Part shown: positions 9,543 through 19,552 of the stretch, piece by piece
How the letters are laid out: every line of letters starts with the position of its first letter
Position numbering within the stretch: the stretch's first letter is position 1
DNA from: a virus
Taxonomy: Duplodnaviria > Caudoviricetes
DNA length: 64,000 nucleotides
IMG/VR virus record: IMGVR_UViG_3300028888_000057
Strand: one strand, 5' to 3'
Notes under the pieces: model-generated
Databases searched by the model: none
Seen by the model: only the letters and a program-made list of their open reading frames with translations
Told to the model about the DNA's origin: nothing
Program-made: the position numbers and the translations under genes

Positions 9543-10007
9543 TTAATAGACCTTCATGTAATGGAAGGCTATTGTTTTGCGTTGATATCCTGTTACTCTT
9601 GTACCGCCATCCCAATCTCCGGCGATCCAGAAGCGATATCCCGTATCAGCAAGATATCTTTTGCTTGTTAATAACTTCTCAAGTTCTGCAACTATCAGAT
9701 CGATTCTTGTTATTAACCGATCGTCTCCTATGTTGCGCAACTCATCTTGCTTTACGTAAATGTCAAAGAGCATTAAATTCTTTTTGACGTTTGGTACATC
9801 TGTTTCATATCCCTGCATGTCCGAGTATGCGATCCGACATACTTCGTCTGTAAGCAATTTATTGCTATATCCGGCCCGAATAAAGTATCTGTCTACAAAC
9901 TGAATGATACCAGTTTTAGGAGGTAGTTTCATCAGGACTTTAAGGTCGTGATCTGGCCATATAACCTTTCGGATAATCGTATTCCATGCGTCGACCCATC
10001 CCATCAT
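9543..10007 (-). CDS. Putative tail terminator/completion protein
   Basis: Size and position directly upstream of the tail tube (positional inference). Confidence 0.5.
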   Translation of the reverse strand: MMGWVDAWNTIIRKVIWPDHDLKVLMKLPPKTGIIQFVDRYFIRAGYSNKLLTDEVCRIAYSDMQGYETDVPNVKKNLMLFDIYVKQDELRNIGDDRLITRIDLIVAELEKLLTSKRYLADTGYRFWIAGDWDGGTRVTGYQRKTIAFHYMKVY

Positions 10008-10528
10008 CAGTTACCACCTCCCAAATAGTTTTGTATTTCAGCTGCAACTAAAGGTTTTGCTGCTTCGCTTATCTCAGCTGAGCTGTTGCTTATTCCGATT
10101 CGAGTCGCATCTGGTGCAAGAAGCTCAACAATATGCACAGCTTCTTCTTCTCCGTCTAAATGTGGAAGTTCCAGCCACGGTAATTCAGTGCCCCAGAATT
10201 TCTGCGGAACAGAACTTGTATATGTAGAGCCATCTACGTTATGAGCCGTACCATTGTCACCACCAGCAACAGGGATATCATGATTTTTTAAATACTCAAT
10301 GATATAAGATTCTGATGGCTGCACAGAAAACTTAACCGAAGAACCTTCGCCTTCAACTGTGCATACCAGAGCAGACATGTCTTTTAAAAACTGAGCAGCC
10401 GCCTCAGGATTCATTTCTCCGGATAAGGCACCTGCTCGATCTTGAATTCCCTGATTGATTATGCTGACATCTATCTTCGGAGCAACAATTTCTCCGGCAG
10501 GTAAATTACTCATATCCATGTAGTCCAC
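10007..10528 (-). CDS. Putative neck/tail-completion protein
   Basis: ORF coupled to neighbours in the head-tail region. Confidence 0.45.
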   Translation of the reverse strand: MDYMDMSNLPAGEIVAPKIDVSIINQGIQDRAGALSGEMNPEAAAQFLKDMSALVCTVEGEGSSVKFSVQPSESYIIEYLKNHDIPVAGGDNGTAHNVDGSTYTSSVPQKFWGTELPWLELPHLDGEEEAVHIVELLAPDATRIGISNSSAEISEAAKPLVAAEIQNYLGGGN

Positions 10529-11282
10529 CTGCCGCTCTTTTTGCCTGAAACTTCAGTACACCATAAGACTTGGTAATATCTACACCTACACCATCAATAT
10601 CAACAATTTCATGAGTGTTTCCGCCCCAGTCAAACTTATCACCAATCTTTACTAATTTTGTATATTCATTATATTGTACAGTTAAAATGGTTAATGCTCC
10701 TGCGATTGTACCGGGAGTACCAGATACCGCAACATATTCCGGCCGCCCATCATAACGGAAAGCGTTTGCCGGAATAGACGGTGTTATTATTTGCATGCCA
10801 TCCGTAGAATTAACAGTATACTTTTCGCCACTAATAACATAACCCAAATCGTCAATTGCATACCCTTCGTCATCAACAAGAGGATGCTCATATCGTTTAA
10901 CTTCCAGAAAGAAATTACAGCGCACCATACGAGAAGGAGCATTGTTGGATTGTAAATGAACAGCCCAGTCTAAAATGTAGATCGAGCCATCAGGTTCAAC
11001 AACCATATCACCCTGTCTGATTCCACTTGTTACAGAAGCTCGAAGGTTCATGTTATTGTCTGTGTTTTCATATCTGGACTTTGTAGCATCGGGATATACT
11101 TCACCACGGATATATTGAGGCTCATAATCCTCTTTTTCTTTGTCGTACCAGTTCTTAATCAATTCCAAATCCATTACGGTATTTGGAATGTCCTGATTTA
11201 AGAAAGCATCAAAGTCTGCGGCCAATGTCCGAGGTACAAAGAACCGCTTCGACGTACCTGTTGGTACATATGGAATAGACAT
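10506..11282 (-). CDS. Putative head-closure/head-tail joining protein
   Basis: 258-aa beta-rich ORF with RBS, in the head-tail region. Confidence 0.5.
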   Translation of the reverse strand: MSIPYVPTGTSKRFFVPRTLAADFDAFLNQDIPNTVMDLELIKNWYDKEKEDYEPQYIRGEVYPDATKSRYENTDNNMNLRASVTSGIRQGDMVVEPDGSIYILDWAVHLQSNNAPSRMVRCNFFLEVKRYEHPLVDDEGYAIDDLGYVISGEKYTVNSTDGMQIITPSIPANAFRYDGRPEYVAVSGTPGTIAGALTILTVQYNEYTKLVKIGDKFDWGGNTHEIVDIDGVGVDITKSYGVLKFQAKRAAGGLHGYE

Positions 11283-11296
11283 TGGCCGTCACTCCT

Positions 11297-11626
11297 TTAC
11301 TTCATTGTCTGATTGATAAATTCTGAAATGGAAACCTGATCAGCACGAATACCATTATGCGACAGGTTCTGAGGTAACCGCTTAATTGCGTTTGCCTGAT
11401 CCAGCATCTTGTGTCGAATCTTCTTAAACCGTTCTTTGATTTCCGGATCCCAGTCTTCTTTCTGTTTGTTTCCGGAAAATACATAGAAAGCATCTTCGAT
11501 TTCCATAATAAGACGCATTAATTCAAGATTGAGCATCTCAGTATAGGAAACGAAATCATATTCTTTCTCAACAACGGTCTCAAGGTCTTTGTTTTTATAT
11601 TCAATTTTCACAGTCCACTCACTCAT
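11297..11626 (-). CDS. Hypothetical protein
   Basis: Likely start ATG 11626 with GAGG upstream. Confidence 0.6.
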   Translation of the reverse strand: MSEWTVKIEYKNKDLETVVEKEYDFVSYTEMLNLELMRLIMEIEDAFYVFSGNKQKEDWDPEIKERFKKIRHKMLDQANAIKRLPQNLSHNGIRADQVSISEFINQTMK

Positions 11627-11642
11627 TTTGCCCTCAAATCCT

Positions 11643-12083
11643 TTACGATGCGCCAAGAGTGTACCGAACCATCTTGTAGTAAATGATTCGACGCTCATTG
11701 TCGATTGTGTTGATTGTATCCTTCAGATTTACATATGGTTTATCTGCATTCGTTACCGTAATAGCATCCGTAGAATAACCAAATCGGTTATTCACATCGC
11801 TTTGAACTTTAGAAAAGAAATTAATTTTTGAACAAAGTTCAATATACTTTCTTTCATCCAACGGGAAAATTGCATCATAACCAAAGTATTGTTCTTCAGG
11901 ATCATCTCCGACAAGAACATATTTGTTCTCATCATATTGTTCTGAGCGGCCAGTATCAACAAAGAGCCTTTCGATCCCACCGATAACCATATTGATATAG
12001 TTACTGTCTGTTAATGGATATGGAGTTTCTTGCCACTCCGTCTCTTCTTTTAGCCAATCGGCTAATTTGGTAATGTTCAACAT
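11643..12083 (-). CDS. Putative head-tail adaptor
   Basis: Helical protein of about 146 aa, two genes after the capsid gene. Confidence 0.5.
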   Translation of the reverse strand: MLNITKLADWLKEETEWQETPYPLTDSNYINMVIGGIERLFVDTGRSEQYDENKYVLVGDDPEEQYFGYDAIFPLDERKYIELCSKINFFSKVQSDVNNRFGYSTDAITVTNADKPYVNLKDTINTIDNERRIIYYKMVRYTLGAS

Positions 12084-12103
12084 ACTGGCAGCCCCCAATT
12101 TAT

Positions 12104-12553
12104 TTATTCGCTAAACACATCAGCTTCGGGAAGTTTTGCCATGATAACCTTCATCTTGCTCGTAGGAAGATCCATTCCTTTCGCTACGTCAAGAATAGAA
12201 TTAAGTTCGATTACATCTTCAATCTTCTCTAACCAAGCTTCGATCTGCTTAGCTGACTTTTTCAAATTTGCGCTGATTTCTTCTTTACTGAAATGTTTTT
12301 CAGAATACGTATCTGTATACCCGCCAAGATCTTCCAGCGTCAGATCCTTGCCGTCATCGCTTACTACAACCAGTTCCTTGGAAGAAAATGGTTTCTTCTT
12401 TCCGCGAGCGATTGTCTCCAGATACAGAATGTCATTAACCGACATAGGTAAGAAACTACCTGCCCGAATAATTGGCTGAATACCGCTTGTCAGCGTTACG
12501 CCAATGTCATAACCGCAACGGTTATAGACGCGAAATACTTTTGATCCATCCAT
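12104..12553 (-). CDS. Hypothetical virion-module protein
   Basis: ORF after the capsid terminator; GAAGGA RBS before ATG 12553. Confidence 0.6.
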   Translation of the reverse strand: MDGSKVFRVYNRCGYDIGVTLTSGIQPIIRAGSFLPMSVNDILYLETIARGKKKPFSSKELVVVSDDGKDLTLEDLGGYTDTYSEKHFSKEEISANLKKSAKQIEAWLEKIEDVIELNSILDVAKGMDLPTSKMKVIMAKLPEADVFSE

Positions 12554-12579
12554 ATTTTCCTTCAATCCTTTCAAAAATT

Positions 12580-12613
12580 AAAAAGCGGGGAGAGGCCGAA
12601 ACCTCTCCCCTTT
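12580..12613 (-). terminator. Intrinsic terminator after the major capsid gene
   Basis: GGGGAGAGG/CCTCTCCCC stem with flanking A/T runs. Confidence 0.7.
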
Positions 12614-12648
12614 ATTTTTCACCTGTTTTCAAGTTAGATATGTCTAAC

Positions 12649-13653
12649 TTACGCAATCTCATGCGCACCGGCCGTAGGATTCTTGCCAACAACGAAAGCC
12701 GCGCCGAACCAAGTGTACAGCAGCACTTCAGTGACACGATCGTCGATGTTCTGAGAAGCCATAGAGTTGATACCGCCTTCGTTGACGATCTTCAGGTTCC
12801 GCATTTCTGCAGACTGTCCACCGGGAACAATATAGATCCAGTCAGGATTCAGCACAGGGGTCACGCCATCGGACTTGTAAGCATTGTTCATGCCTACAAC
12901 ATCAGCGCCCTTCCACTTGCCGATGAAGCCATTGCCGTTATGCTCATCAATCATGGAGCCAGAGTATGCCCAGGTGGGCGTAGCGTTGATCTTCATACCA
13001 GCAGAGGTATCCAGCTGACCCACGGCCGCGATATCACCAAGCAGAGTCACCGGACCCAGCCGACGGAAGTGCAACACCTGAGCCTCCAGCAAAGCGGGAT
13101 TGAAACCACCGGTGCTCTTGGCATACCAAGGAGTCGCATTCACATTCTGGAAGCCAGCCTGCAGAACGTTCTCCACGATCTCCAGCTTCTTCTCCAGAAT
13201 CTTAGCATTCGCTTCACGAATCAGGTCAGCCATATTGAAGCGGCCAGCCTTCAGATCAACAATGTTGATAGCAGGACGAGCGGAGATTTCCTTCGTCCCG
13301 ACCAGCAGCTGATGATCCGTGATGTAGCTACGGGCAGTGGTAGCACCCTTCGCCTGTACATAGGCATGGATGCCGTCAGTGCGAACCTTAAAGGCCGCCT
13401 TCTCGCCGTAGTTGATGGTCTTTTCGTCGGCAATCGCGCCGAGGAAATCCAGAGCCTTATTCTGCAGCTCTTCAACCGTAAACGCAACGATCTGACCGAT
13501 CTGATGGCAAGTCTGAGGATTCAGATCTTCCAGCAGTTCAGAGATCAGGCTGTTCGCCTTTTCGATCTGATCGGAGTCGATGCGTTCATCCTGATTCTGA
13601 GCGGCCAGAACCTTGATCAGCTTCGTGCCGCGTTCAATTTTAATATCAGTCAT
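12649..13653 (-). CDS. Major capsid protein
   Basis: 334 aa, strong codon bias, GGAGGTG RBS, position after scaffold and decoration genes, followed by a terminator. Confidence 0.8.
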   Translation of the reverse strand: MTDIKIERGTKLIKVLAAQNQDERIDSDQIEKANSLISELLEDLNPQTCHQIGQIVAFTVEELQNKALDFLGAIADEKTINYGEKAAFKVRTDGIHAYVQAKGATTARSYITDHQLLVGTKEISARPAINIVDLKAGRFNMADLIREANAKILEKKLEIVENVLQAGFQNVNATPWYAKSTGGFNPALLEAQVLHFRRLGPVTLLGDIAAVGQLDTSAGMKINATPTWAYSGSMIDEHNGNGFIGKWKGADVVGMNNAYKSDGVTPVLNPDWIYIVPGGQSAEMRNLKIVNEGGINSMASQNIDDRVTEVLLYTWFGAAFVVGKNPTAGAHEIA

Positions 13654-13669
13654 GTCCGTTCACCTCCGA

Positions 13670-14089
13670 TTAACCGATAGCGCCGGTAGCCAGAACGCCG
13701 TAGGCAGTACCCACAACGTACGCATTCGCAGCGCCACTCACAATAAACTCTTCGCCAACCAGAAGGGGATGAGCACGAAGCAGATCGCCCTTCTTCGTGA
13801 CGTATTCACGATTGTCATATTCTCCGCCATCATTGAAGTCGTCCATACCATTCTCAACAAAATAGTACCGCTTGTTCAGCTTGTCGACGACAAAACGATA
13901 GCCCAGTTCACCGTAGATATCGGTGATTTCCTTGCAGACAAACTTGGTAGTAGTATCAGCAGCAGGCAGCACCAGAGCGTCACCATCCTGCACCATGATA
14001 GTACCGTTGGCAACGGGATCAGCCGCGCCGTTTACCAGTTCGCCTTCATACACATAGCCCTGAAGCTTTGTCATGTATCCAGATGCCAT
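13670..14089 (-). CDS. Putative capsid decoration/cement protein
   Basis: 139 aa, strong codon bias, directly before the capsid gene. Confidence 0.6.
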   Translation of the reverse strand: MASGYMTKLQGYVYEGELVNGAADPVANGTIMVQDGDALVLPAADTTTKFVCKEITDIYGELGYRFVVDKLNKRYYFVENGMDDFNDGGEYDNREYVTKKGDLLRAHPLLVGEEFIVSGAANAYVVGTAYGVLATGAIG

Positions 14090-14122
14090 AGTAAACCATT
14101 TCCTTTCTATGAAAATTACGCC

Positions 14123-14572
14123 CTATCTTTTCTTATAGGTACGTTTTTCTTGGAACAGGGCTTTTTCTAAAGGCCATTTTCTGTGATAATATCTTCTCTC
14201 AAACTCTTTTACCGATACAACACAAAATCGTTCTATTGCTTCGCACAACAACATTGTTTCACCATTGATCACAACCTGTTTGTTGCTGCTTCTGTTTCGG
14301 CTGTTTTCTTTTCGAGAAACAAATCGACAATTTTCTGGAAAGTAACCCTTTTCATTATCGATTCTATCGATCTCCAGTCCTTGTTTCCAACCATGTTCCA
14401 ATGCCCATGAAATAAATGCTTCTGCATTATCCATAGACCATTCATTACATACGGTAATTCCTTTGCCGCCATAGTCTTTATATTGTGGATGATTCTCGTT
14501 CTCACAACGATAATGCATACAATGTAACACGTTAAATAAAGGCTTATAAGAAAGCCCATGAACAAAATACAT
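14123..14572 (-). CDS. Free-standing HNH-type homing endonuclease
   Basis: M.YRC...YKDYGGKGITVCNEW...EIDRIDNEKGYFPENCRFV..N signature; AT-rich compared with neighbours. Confidence 0.8.
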   Translation of the reverse strand: MYFVHGLSYKPLFNVLHCMHYRCENENHPQYKDYGGKGITVCNEWSMDNAEAFISWALEHGWKQGLEIDRIDNEKGYFPENCRFVSRKENSRNRSSNKQVVINGETMLLCEAIERFCVVSVKEFERRYYHRKWPLEKALFQEKRTYKKR

Positions 14573-14602
14573 AGCATTTATCTCCTAGGTTAGATTTTCT
14601 GC

Positions 14603-15958
14603 TTATCGACTAAGCAGATCCCGTCCGTTTTTCTTCTCTGCGGGCTGAAGCAGATCATAGTAATCAGCCTTAGCCGTCATAGAATCAACAAACGGGTTAA
14701 TCGCTTCTGCCGAAACATTCAGCTTTTCAACAGAAGCAACAACGCGCTGTTCCTTCAGACTCTTTACCTCTTCCGCCAGAGCCTTAATAGTCTCTGTCAG
14801 TTCAGCAATCATCTGTTCAGCGGTCTTCTTCTTCTCGTTATCGTTTTCGACACGAGGCACGGTTTCGTCAGAGGCGTCTCCTTCGGAGTCATCGGAGCCT
14901 TCCGCAGGTTCAGGATCTCCGTTTCCCGTTTCTCCGGGATTGTCTGTGGAAGTATCCGCAGAATCACCATCAGCTTCAGCGACGCGCAGTCCTTCTTCGG
15001 TCTCGACAAGAGTACCTTCAATTTGGTCACTTACGCCTTCTGTCACTTCCACACGCTGGAAAGCAGACTTTCCAGTCTCGCTATCGTAAGCGTGAGTCGT
15101 TTCTACTACAGTGGTGGTGTTCTCTACGTATACAGCCGCAGTTTCCGTTTCTTCAGCTTTTTCTTCCTTTTTTTTGCAGGAAGCGTCTTCTTCAGCTTCG
15201 ACTTCTGTTTCGGCTTCTTTTTCAGCCGTCTCGATCTCCGTCTCGGCTACCGCTTCGGGCTGAGTTTCTTTAACCTGTTCGGTCTCAGAAATCTGAGTAG
15301 TGGCTTCAGTTTCTTCAGCTAAAGCCTGCTCGGTTTCGAGCTTTTCAACATCCGCCATTTCTGTCTCACCCCTTTCGGTGTCATCTGCATTGCTCTCCGC
15401 TACAAACTCAAGAGCTACAGCGTCCTCGCAAGCAGGGAAGGTAACAATGGCAGTTCCTTCCAGATAGTTGTTCTCCGACGCATCAATTACGAGCGTTCCA
15501 TCTTCTTCTTCCGAATAATCGGAACATGCAATTTCAAAAGAGAATTTCAGTGCGCCTTCAGCAAAGAGTTCTGCAATGGCTTTACTTAACTTGACATTTC
15601 GCTTCGGAATTCGAGCGTAGCCTACAAGATAAGCACCACCATCAAATTCTTCTTTTTCGAACTGATAGAAAGATCCAATTTGCGTCGAATAAAATTCTCC
15701 GGTCTTTGCATTGTACATATGGCCGAGATTGGAGTATTTCCCGCTAGTAAGAGACTTAATGTCCGCATACAGCGGCAGTCCAACATACCGTTCTTCATCA
15801 GCGATAATCTCGTCGATAAAAGCTTCAGTAACCTTAACGCCGTTAAGATTCGCTTTAGGCGTTTCGAGTATTCTCATCTTTACAGACATGAATACGTCGG
15901 ACTGTTTCATTTCGGAGATGACAGAAGCAAAGCTGATAAATTTGGCCTTACTATTCAT
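14603..15958 (-). CDS. Prohead protease with fused acidic scaffold; probable nested scaffold start at 15358
   Basis: Protease-like N-terminal half (LGH, FSFEI, VTFPA) and Glu-rich C-terminal half; in-frame ATG 15358 preceded by AAGGGGTG. Confidence 0.7.
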   Translation of the reverse strand: MNSKAKFISFASVISEMKQSDVFMSVKMRILETPKANLNGVKVTEAFIDEIIADEERYVGLPLYADIKSLTSGKYSNLGHMYNAKTGEFYSTQIGSFYQFEKEEFDGGAYLVGYARIPKRNVKLSKAIAELFAEGALKFSFEIACSDYSEEEDGTLVIDASENNYLEGTAIVTFPACEDAVALEFVAESNADDTERGETEMADVEKLETEQALAEETEATTQISETEQVKETQPEAVAETEIETAEKEAETEVEAEEDASCKKKEEKAEETETAAVYVENTTTVVETTHAYDSETGKSAFQRVEVTEGVSDQIEGTLVETEEGLRVAEADGDSADTSTDNPGETGNGDPEPAEGSDDSEGDASDETVPRVENDNEKKKTAEQMIAELTETIKALAEEVKSLKEQRVVASVEKLNVSAEAINPFVDSMTAKADYYDLLQPAEKKNGRDLLSR

Positions 15959-16101
15959 TGTTTGTCTCCTTTTTGCTTTCAATTGTCAATGCTGGGAGTC
16001 AAGGCCAATTGAAGCGAATCTTTATATCAACAACCTTACGGTTGGAGATATTGAAAGTCCCGCCGGGTTGCGCATGAAACAGAGGCGTGGCGGGTTCTGT
16101 C

Positions 16102-16177
16102 TGGCTGCCCCTGTGGGGTTTGAACCCACGGCCTTCGGATTAACAGTCCGCTGCTCATCCAGCCGAGCTCAAGGGCA
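16102..16177 (-). tRNA. tRNA-Asn(GTT)
   Basis: 76-nt cloverleaf, anticodon arm CGGA-CTGTTAA-TCCG, GTTCAA T-loop, encoded CCA. Confidence 0.9.
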
Positions 16178-16317
16178 ACAAGAAACACCGGGGCCGAAGC
16201 CCCGGCTCTTGCTATCCGCGTTTAGAGTAGCGGCAACTCAGGTTTTCTGATAAACCATCTAACACACTTAAAGACATAGACTTATTTATAAAGGACGCTC
16301 TGCGCTACACGTCCATA

Positions 16318-17883
16318 TTATTCATCCGGCATAGAACCTTCAGGCGAAGAAGGCTTTGGCTGTTTTGAACGATCAGCCGCATCTGGATCGGATGTCCTTT
16401 CTGTATTATCAAGAGTCGGACGCCCTGCGCCTTCAGAAGATTCCTGAACAGTATTGCCTTCTCTGGAAACAAGAACAGAATCAATTTCTTCAGATTCTTC
16501 CTTACGTTGTTCAACTTCTTTGTCAATGGAATATCCAAATGCATCAAGATAAGTCTTTGTAGAAACAACACCGCGAGACCACAGTTCTTTGCATGCTTCA
16601 CGGAGAGCCTTTTTGCCTTCCATTGATAAAGGCATAAATTTAAATTCAGGAACTTCCTTCAAGTTATTAGTAGCCGGAATAATCTCTGTAAGCTTTTCAT
16701 TTACACGATTCATTAACTCACAGAACTTTTCTCTTGCGTCATTAATGCGTGCTTCAGCTGTTTGCATAGAAATCTGCGCCGATGCAAAAGTAGAGCCGTC
16801 CTGCGAAATACCGCTTACTATAATTCCAGATACACCACCTGCAGAAAGAATATCATTGTTCACATCTCTGTATTTATCCCATTGGAATAAGTCAGCCGTA
16901 TCAGCCTGTACAAACTTGGATTCTGCAAGATGGTTAGTAACCACAAGCGGGAACCCTGTCATGCCTCGTTTAAAGATATTCGATACCTGTCTCAACTGAT
17001 TTGCATCAGGCAGCATATCCTGTCCTTTTGTTGGATCACCATACTTAGCATGAGCAAAACCGTGTGCCGCAAGGTTCAGAATAGCTTTCTCATAAGTAGC
17101 AATCAATTCTTTTCTGGACAATGGTTCCAAAGCAGAAGCAATAAATGGAATTGCATATCTGTTCCAGCTTTCCTTGTTGCCTTGCATAACAAAAGTATTT
17201 TCAGGATTAAGCTGGGCATACTGTTGTCCTTTGTCAATGGCTTTCTTCACTTCTTCCGGATAACCCTTGAAGTAAGCATCCATGTTGTTGTCTTTGATCC
17301 AGCCTTCATAAATAGAGTATCCCTTTTCTCTCCATTCATTCTGAATCGAAAGACAGTCAAAATCCACGATAGGCATTCCATTTAACATCATATTACCGAT
17401 TCTGCATTTATGGATTGGCAATGTGATCAACTGCCCATTCAAAAGATAACAAACAACATTGTAATATTTCCAATATTCCAACATGATACCATTGATTTTC
17501 TCTCTTAGTCTCATTCGTTTATATTGATCTTCATACAATTTGATTGTTTTTTCGTTGTTGCCTGTCAAAAGCCAGCTTGAGCAGGTAGAGAATGGAACGA
17601 ATACATGCTGAATAATACCGCGAACAATCGGATCAGCATCCGTATAATAGTCCGCCAATTGGTAAAGACTGACAATATTATTCTGTTTGTCTCTCAAGAT
17701 AGAGTCATAATCATATCCTGAAAGATTTCCACTGAAAGTAATGTTAGAGTTAGTATAACTTTGAAATACATCTGGTGTATTGTCGCTAGTTGCACCAACA
17801 AATTCATTCCGGCGAGTCTTATCAATTGACTCAGAAGGAACCTTTAAGCGGGCGCTCGCCCTGAATCTGTCAAAAATACCCAA
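16318..17883 (-). CDS. Portal protein
   Basis: 521 aa between terminase and protease, with a C-terminal GRP motif. Confidence 0.8.
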   Translation of the reverse strand: MGIFDRFRASARLKVPSESIDKTRRNEFVGATSDNTPDVFQSYTNSNITFSGNLSGYDYDSILRDKQNNIVSLYQLADYYTDADPIVRGIIQHVFVPFSTCSSWLLTGNNEKTIKLYEDQYKRMRLREKINGIMLEYWKYYNVVCYLLNGQLITLPIHKCRIGNMMLNGMPIVDFDCLSIQNEWREKGYSIYEGWIKDNNMDAYFKGYPEEVKKAIDKGQQYAQLNPENTFVMQGNKESWNRYAIPFIASALEPLSRKELIATYEKAILNLAAHGFAHAKYGDPTKGQDMLPDANQLRQVSNIFKRGMTGFPLVVTNHLAESKFVQADTADLFQWDKYRDVNNDILSAGGVSGIIVSGISQDGSTFASAQISMQTAEARINDAREKFCELMNRVNEKLTEIIPATNNLKEVPEFKFMPLSMEGKKALREACKELWSRGVVSTKTYLDAFGYSIDKEVEQRKEESEEIDSVLVSREGNTVQESSEGAGRPTLDNTERTSDPDAADRSKQPKPSSPEGSMPDE

Positions 17884-17901
17884 GGCTTTTCGCCCCTTTC
17901 T

Positions 17902-19548
17902 TTAAAATCTTGAAACGATTCCGATCGCAGGTACTCCACGACGAAAACGTTTAACGTTTTCCTTTTCGAGCTCTGATATATAATCGTTTGCCATTGCCAG
18001 ACTTGAGTATCGGTCCTTGTGTTGTCCGGCGTGAGGAACATCATATGTCTTATTACCTGAGGAAGATGTGCGTTCCACGATATTGCCCATCTCAAACTGA
18101 AGGGCGTCGGCCTGAAGGAATATATCCATTTCTTCCTTGGTAAGTCTTAATCTTTCATCTTCAATTTCCTGCTGTCTTGCGCGCATTGTTCTTTCCTGAA
18201 TTGGAAGCTCAATCTTTTTCTTCTCAAAAGCAACACGCAAATTACTATAGATTCTTTGGTTCAAAGTGTTAACAGCGCGGAAAGGATGCAAAGCCTGAAC
18301 CGCATCAGGGTTAGACAGCGGTTCATCGTCTACAACAAGCGGTGGATATTCTTTACCCGATACAGGATCGATCCACTCCTGATCGAAGAAACGATCGAAA
18401 CTGTCTCCAACGCCTCGTGCGTCGTAGATAATCTTTTCCGTATTCGGGAAACGAAGATGATAATATCTACGTACTTGTTCTGCAAGATAGTCTAACGGTT
18501 TACCGTTGAAAGCACGCATATTGACTAACTTACGTGTGTATGTACCGTCTTTACATTCCACAAACTTAACTACAGAAAGGATTGAGTTATCAGATCCTTT
18601 AGCAGTAGAAGTAGCAATATCCAGACAGATAACATATTTTGATTTTGAATTCTTAGGCTGTTCCATTTCAATCTTATCTAAGTTACGACATGGAGTTGTA
18701 AGGTCAAACGGAAGAGCCGAGTTGGAATTGGCGCCCACAAACTTGGAACCATATTCCATATCAAACGTAGCTTCTGGCATACGTTCTTTTTCTTTCATGA
18801 AGAAGTCTATATCTGTAATACCATTTGCCGCAGCCGAACGATAATCCAATGCGCAGCAGAAGACAGACTTGTCTCCTTTGGCCATACGAGTGAGATCCTT
18901 CATAAAGTTGTCGTAGTACTGATTACTTTTTTCACATGCTGATGTGATAGTAATCGTTTTACTTGCGAAATCTTTGAATCCATAATTAAAGCAGACTTCT
19001 CTTGTCGTATTACGAATAGGAGAAACAACAGCTTCAAGCGTGTCCTGATCTACATCAAGGGCCTCATCGATAATTATAATTTTGGCCCGAATACCTCTGG
19101 CACTATCGATAGAGGCCGAGATAAGCTGACTGCCGTTTTTCAATGTACAGCTTGAGCTATCTTTCGAGACCTGAACAAGACTTTTTGAATTAGAAGCTGA
19201 GATTTCATTTGCTATATTTGGATTCTGTTCCGCCAAAAGTTTTAGCTTGCCCAAAGCAAGTGTCGCCTGCTTAGCCGTGGCCGAAACAATCAACACCGTT
19301 GTTCCCGGATACAGAGAACATAATGCAAAACCACCCAAAGAAGCCAGCCATGTTTTACCATAGCCACGGGAACATGTGTCTTTAGAATCAACACAGTTAC
19401 CCATTTGTCTCAGCATAACATGTTGAGTACGAGTTAGCTTAATTGGACGGTACGCATCTTCCACATAGACATCTAAGTGAGATCTGTAGAACATTACCTG
19501 TTCTTCCATAAGATCCCAATTAGTAATAACACCCATTCTCGGAGTCAT
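17902..19548 (-). CDS. terL: Terminase large subunit
   Basis: Walker A SRGYGKT, RGIR..IIIDEA Walker B, nuclease residues CLDIA, YDARG, KDRYS. Confidence 0.92.
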   Translation of the reverse strand: MTPRMGVITNWDLMEEQVMFYRSHLDVYVEDAYRPIKLTRTQHVMLRQMGNCVDSKDTCSRGYGKTWLASLGGFALCSLYPGTTVLIVSATAKQATLALGKLKLLAEQNPNIANEISASNSKSLVQVSKDSSSCTLKNGSQLISASIDSARGIRAKIIIIDEALDVDQDTLEAVVSPIRNTTREVCFNYGFKDFASKTITITSACEKSNQYYDNFMKDLTRMAKGDKSVFCCALDYRSAAANGITDIDFFMKEKERMPEATFDMEYGSKFVGANSNSALPFDLTTPCRNLDKIEMEQPKNSKSKYVICLDIATSTAKGSDNSILSVVKFVECKDGTYTRKLVNMRAFNGKPLDYLAEQVRRYYHLRFPNTEKIIYDARGVGDSFDRFFDQEWIDPVSGKEYPPLVVDDEPLSNPDAVQALHPFRAVNTLNQRIYSNLRVAFEKKKIELPIQERTMRARQQEIEDERLRLTKEEMDIFLQADALQFEMGNIVERTSSSGNKTYDVPHAGQHKDRYSSLAMANDYISELEKENVKRFRRGVPAIGIVSRF

Positions 19549-19552
19549 GTAA

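Noticed and set aside
12472-13680. 402-aa + strand ORF and other long antisense ORFs (7616-8137, 24026-24703, 40990-41739, 50904-51773, 59954-60916)
   Set aside because: These are shadows of strongly codon-biased genes on the opposite strand, with no RBS or recognisable motifs.
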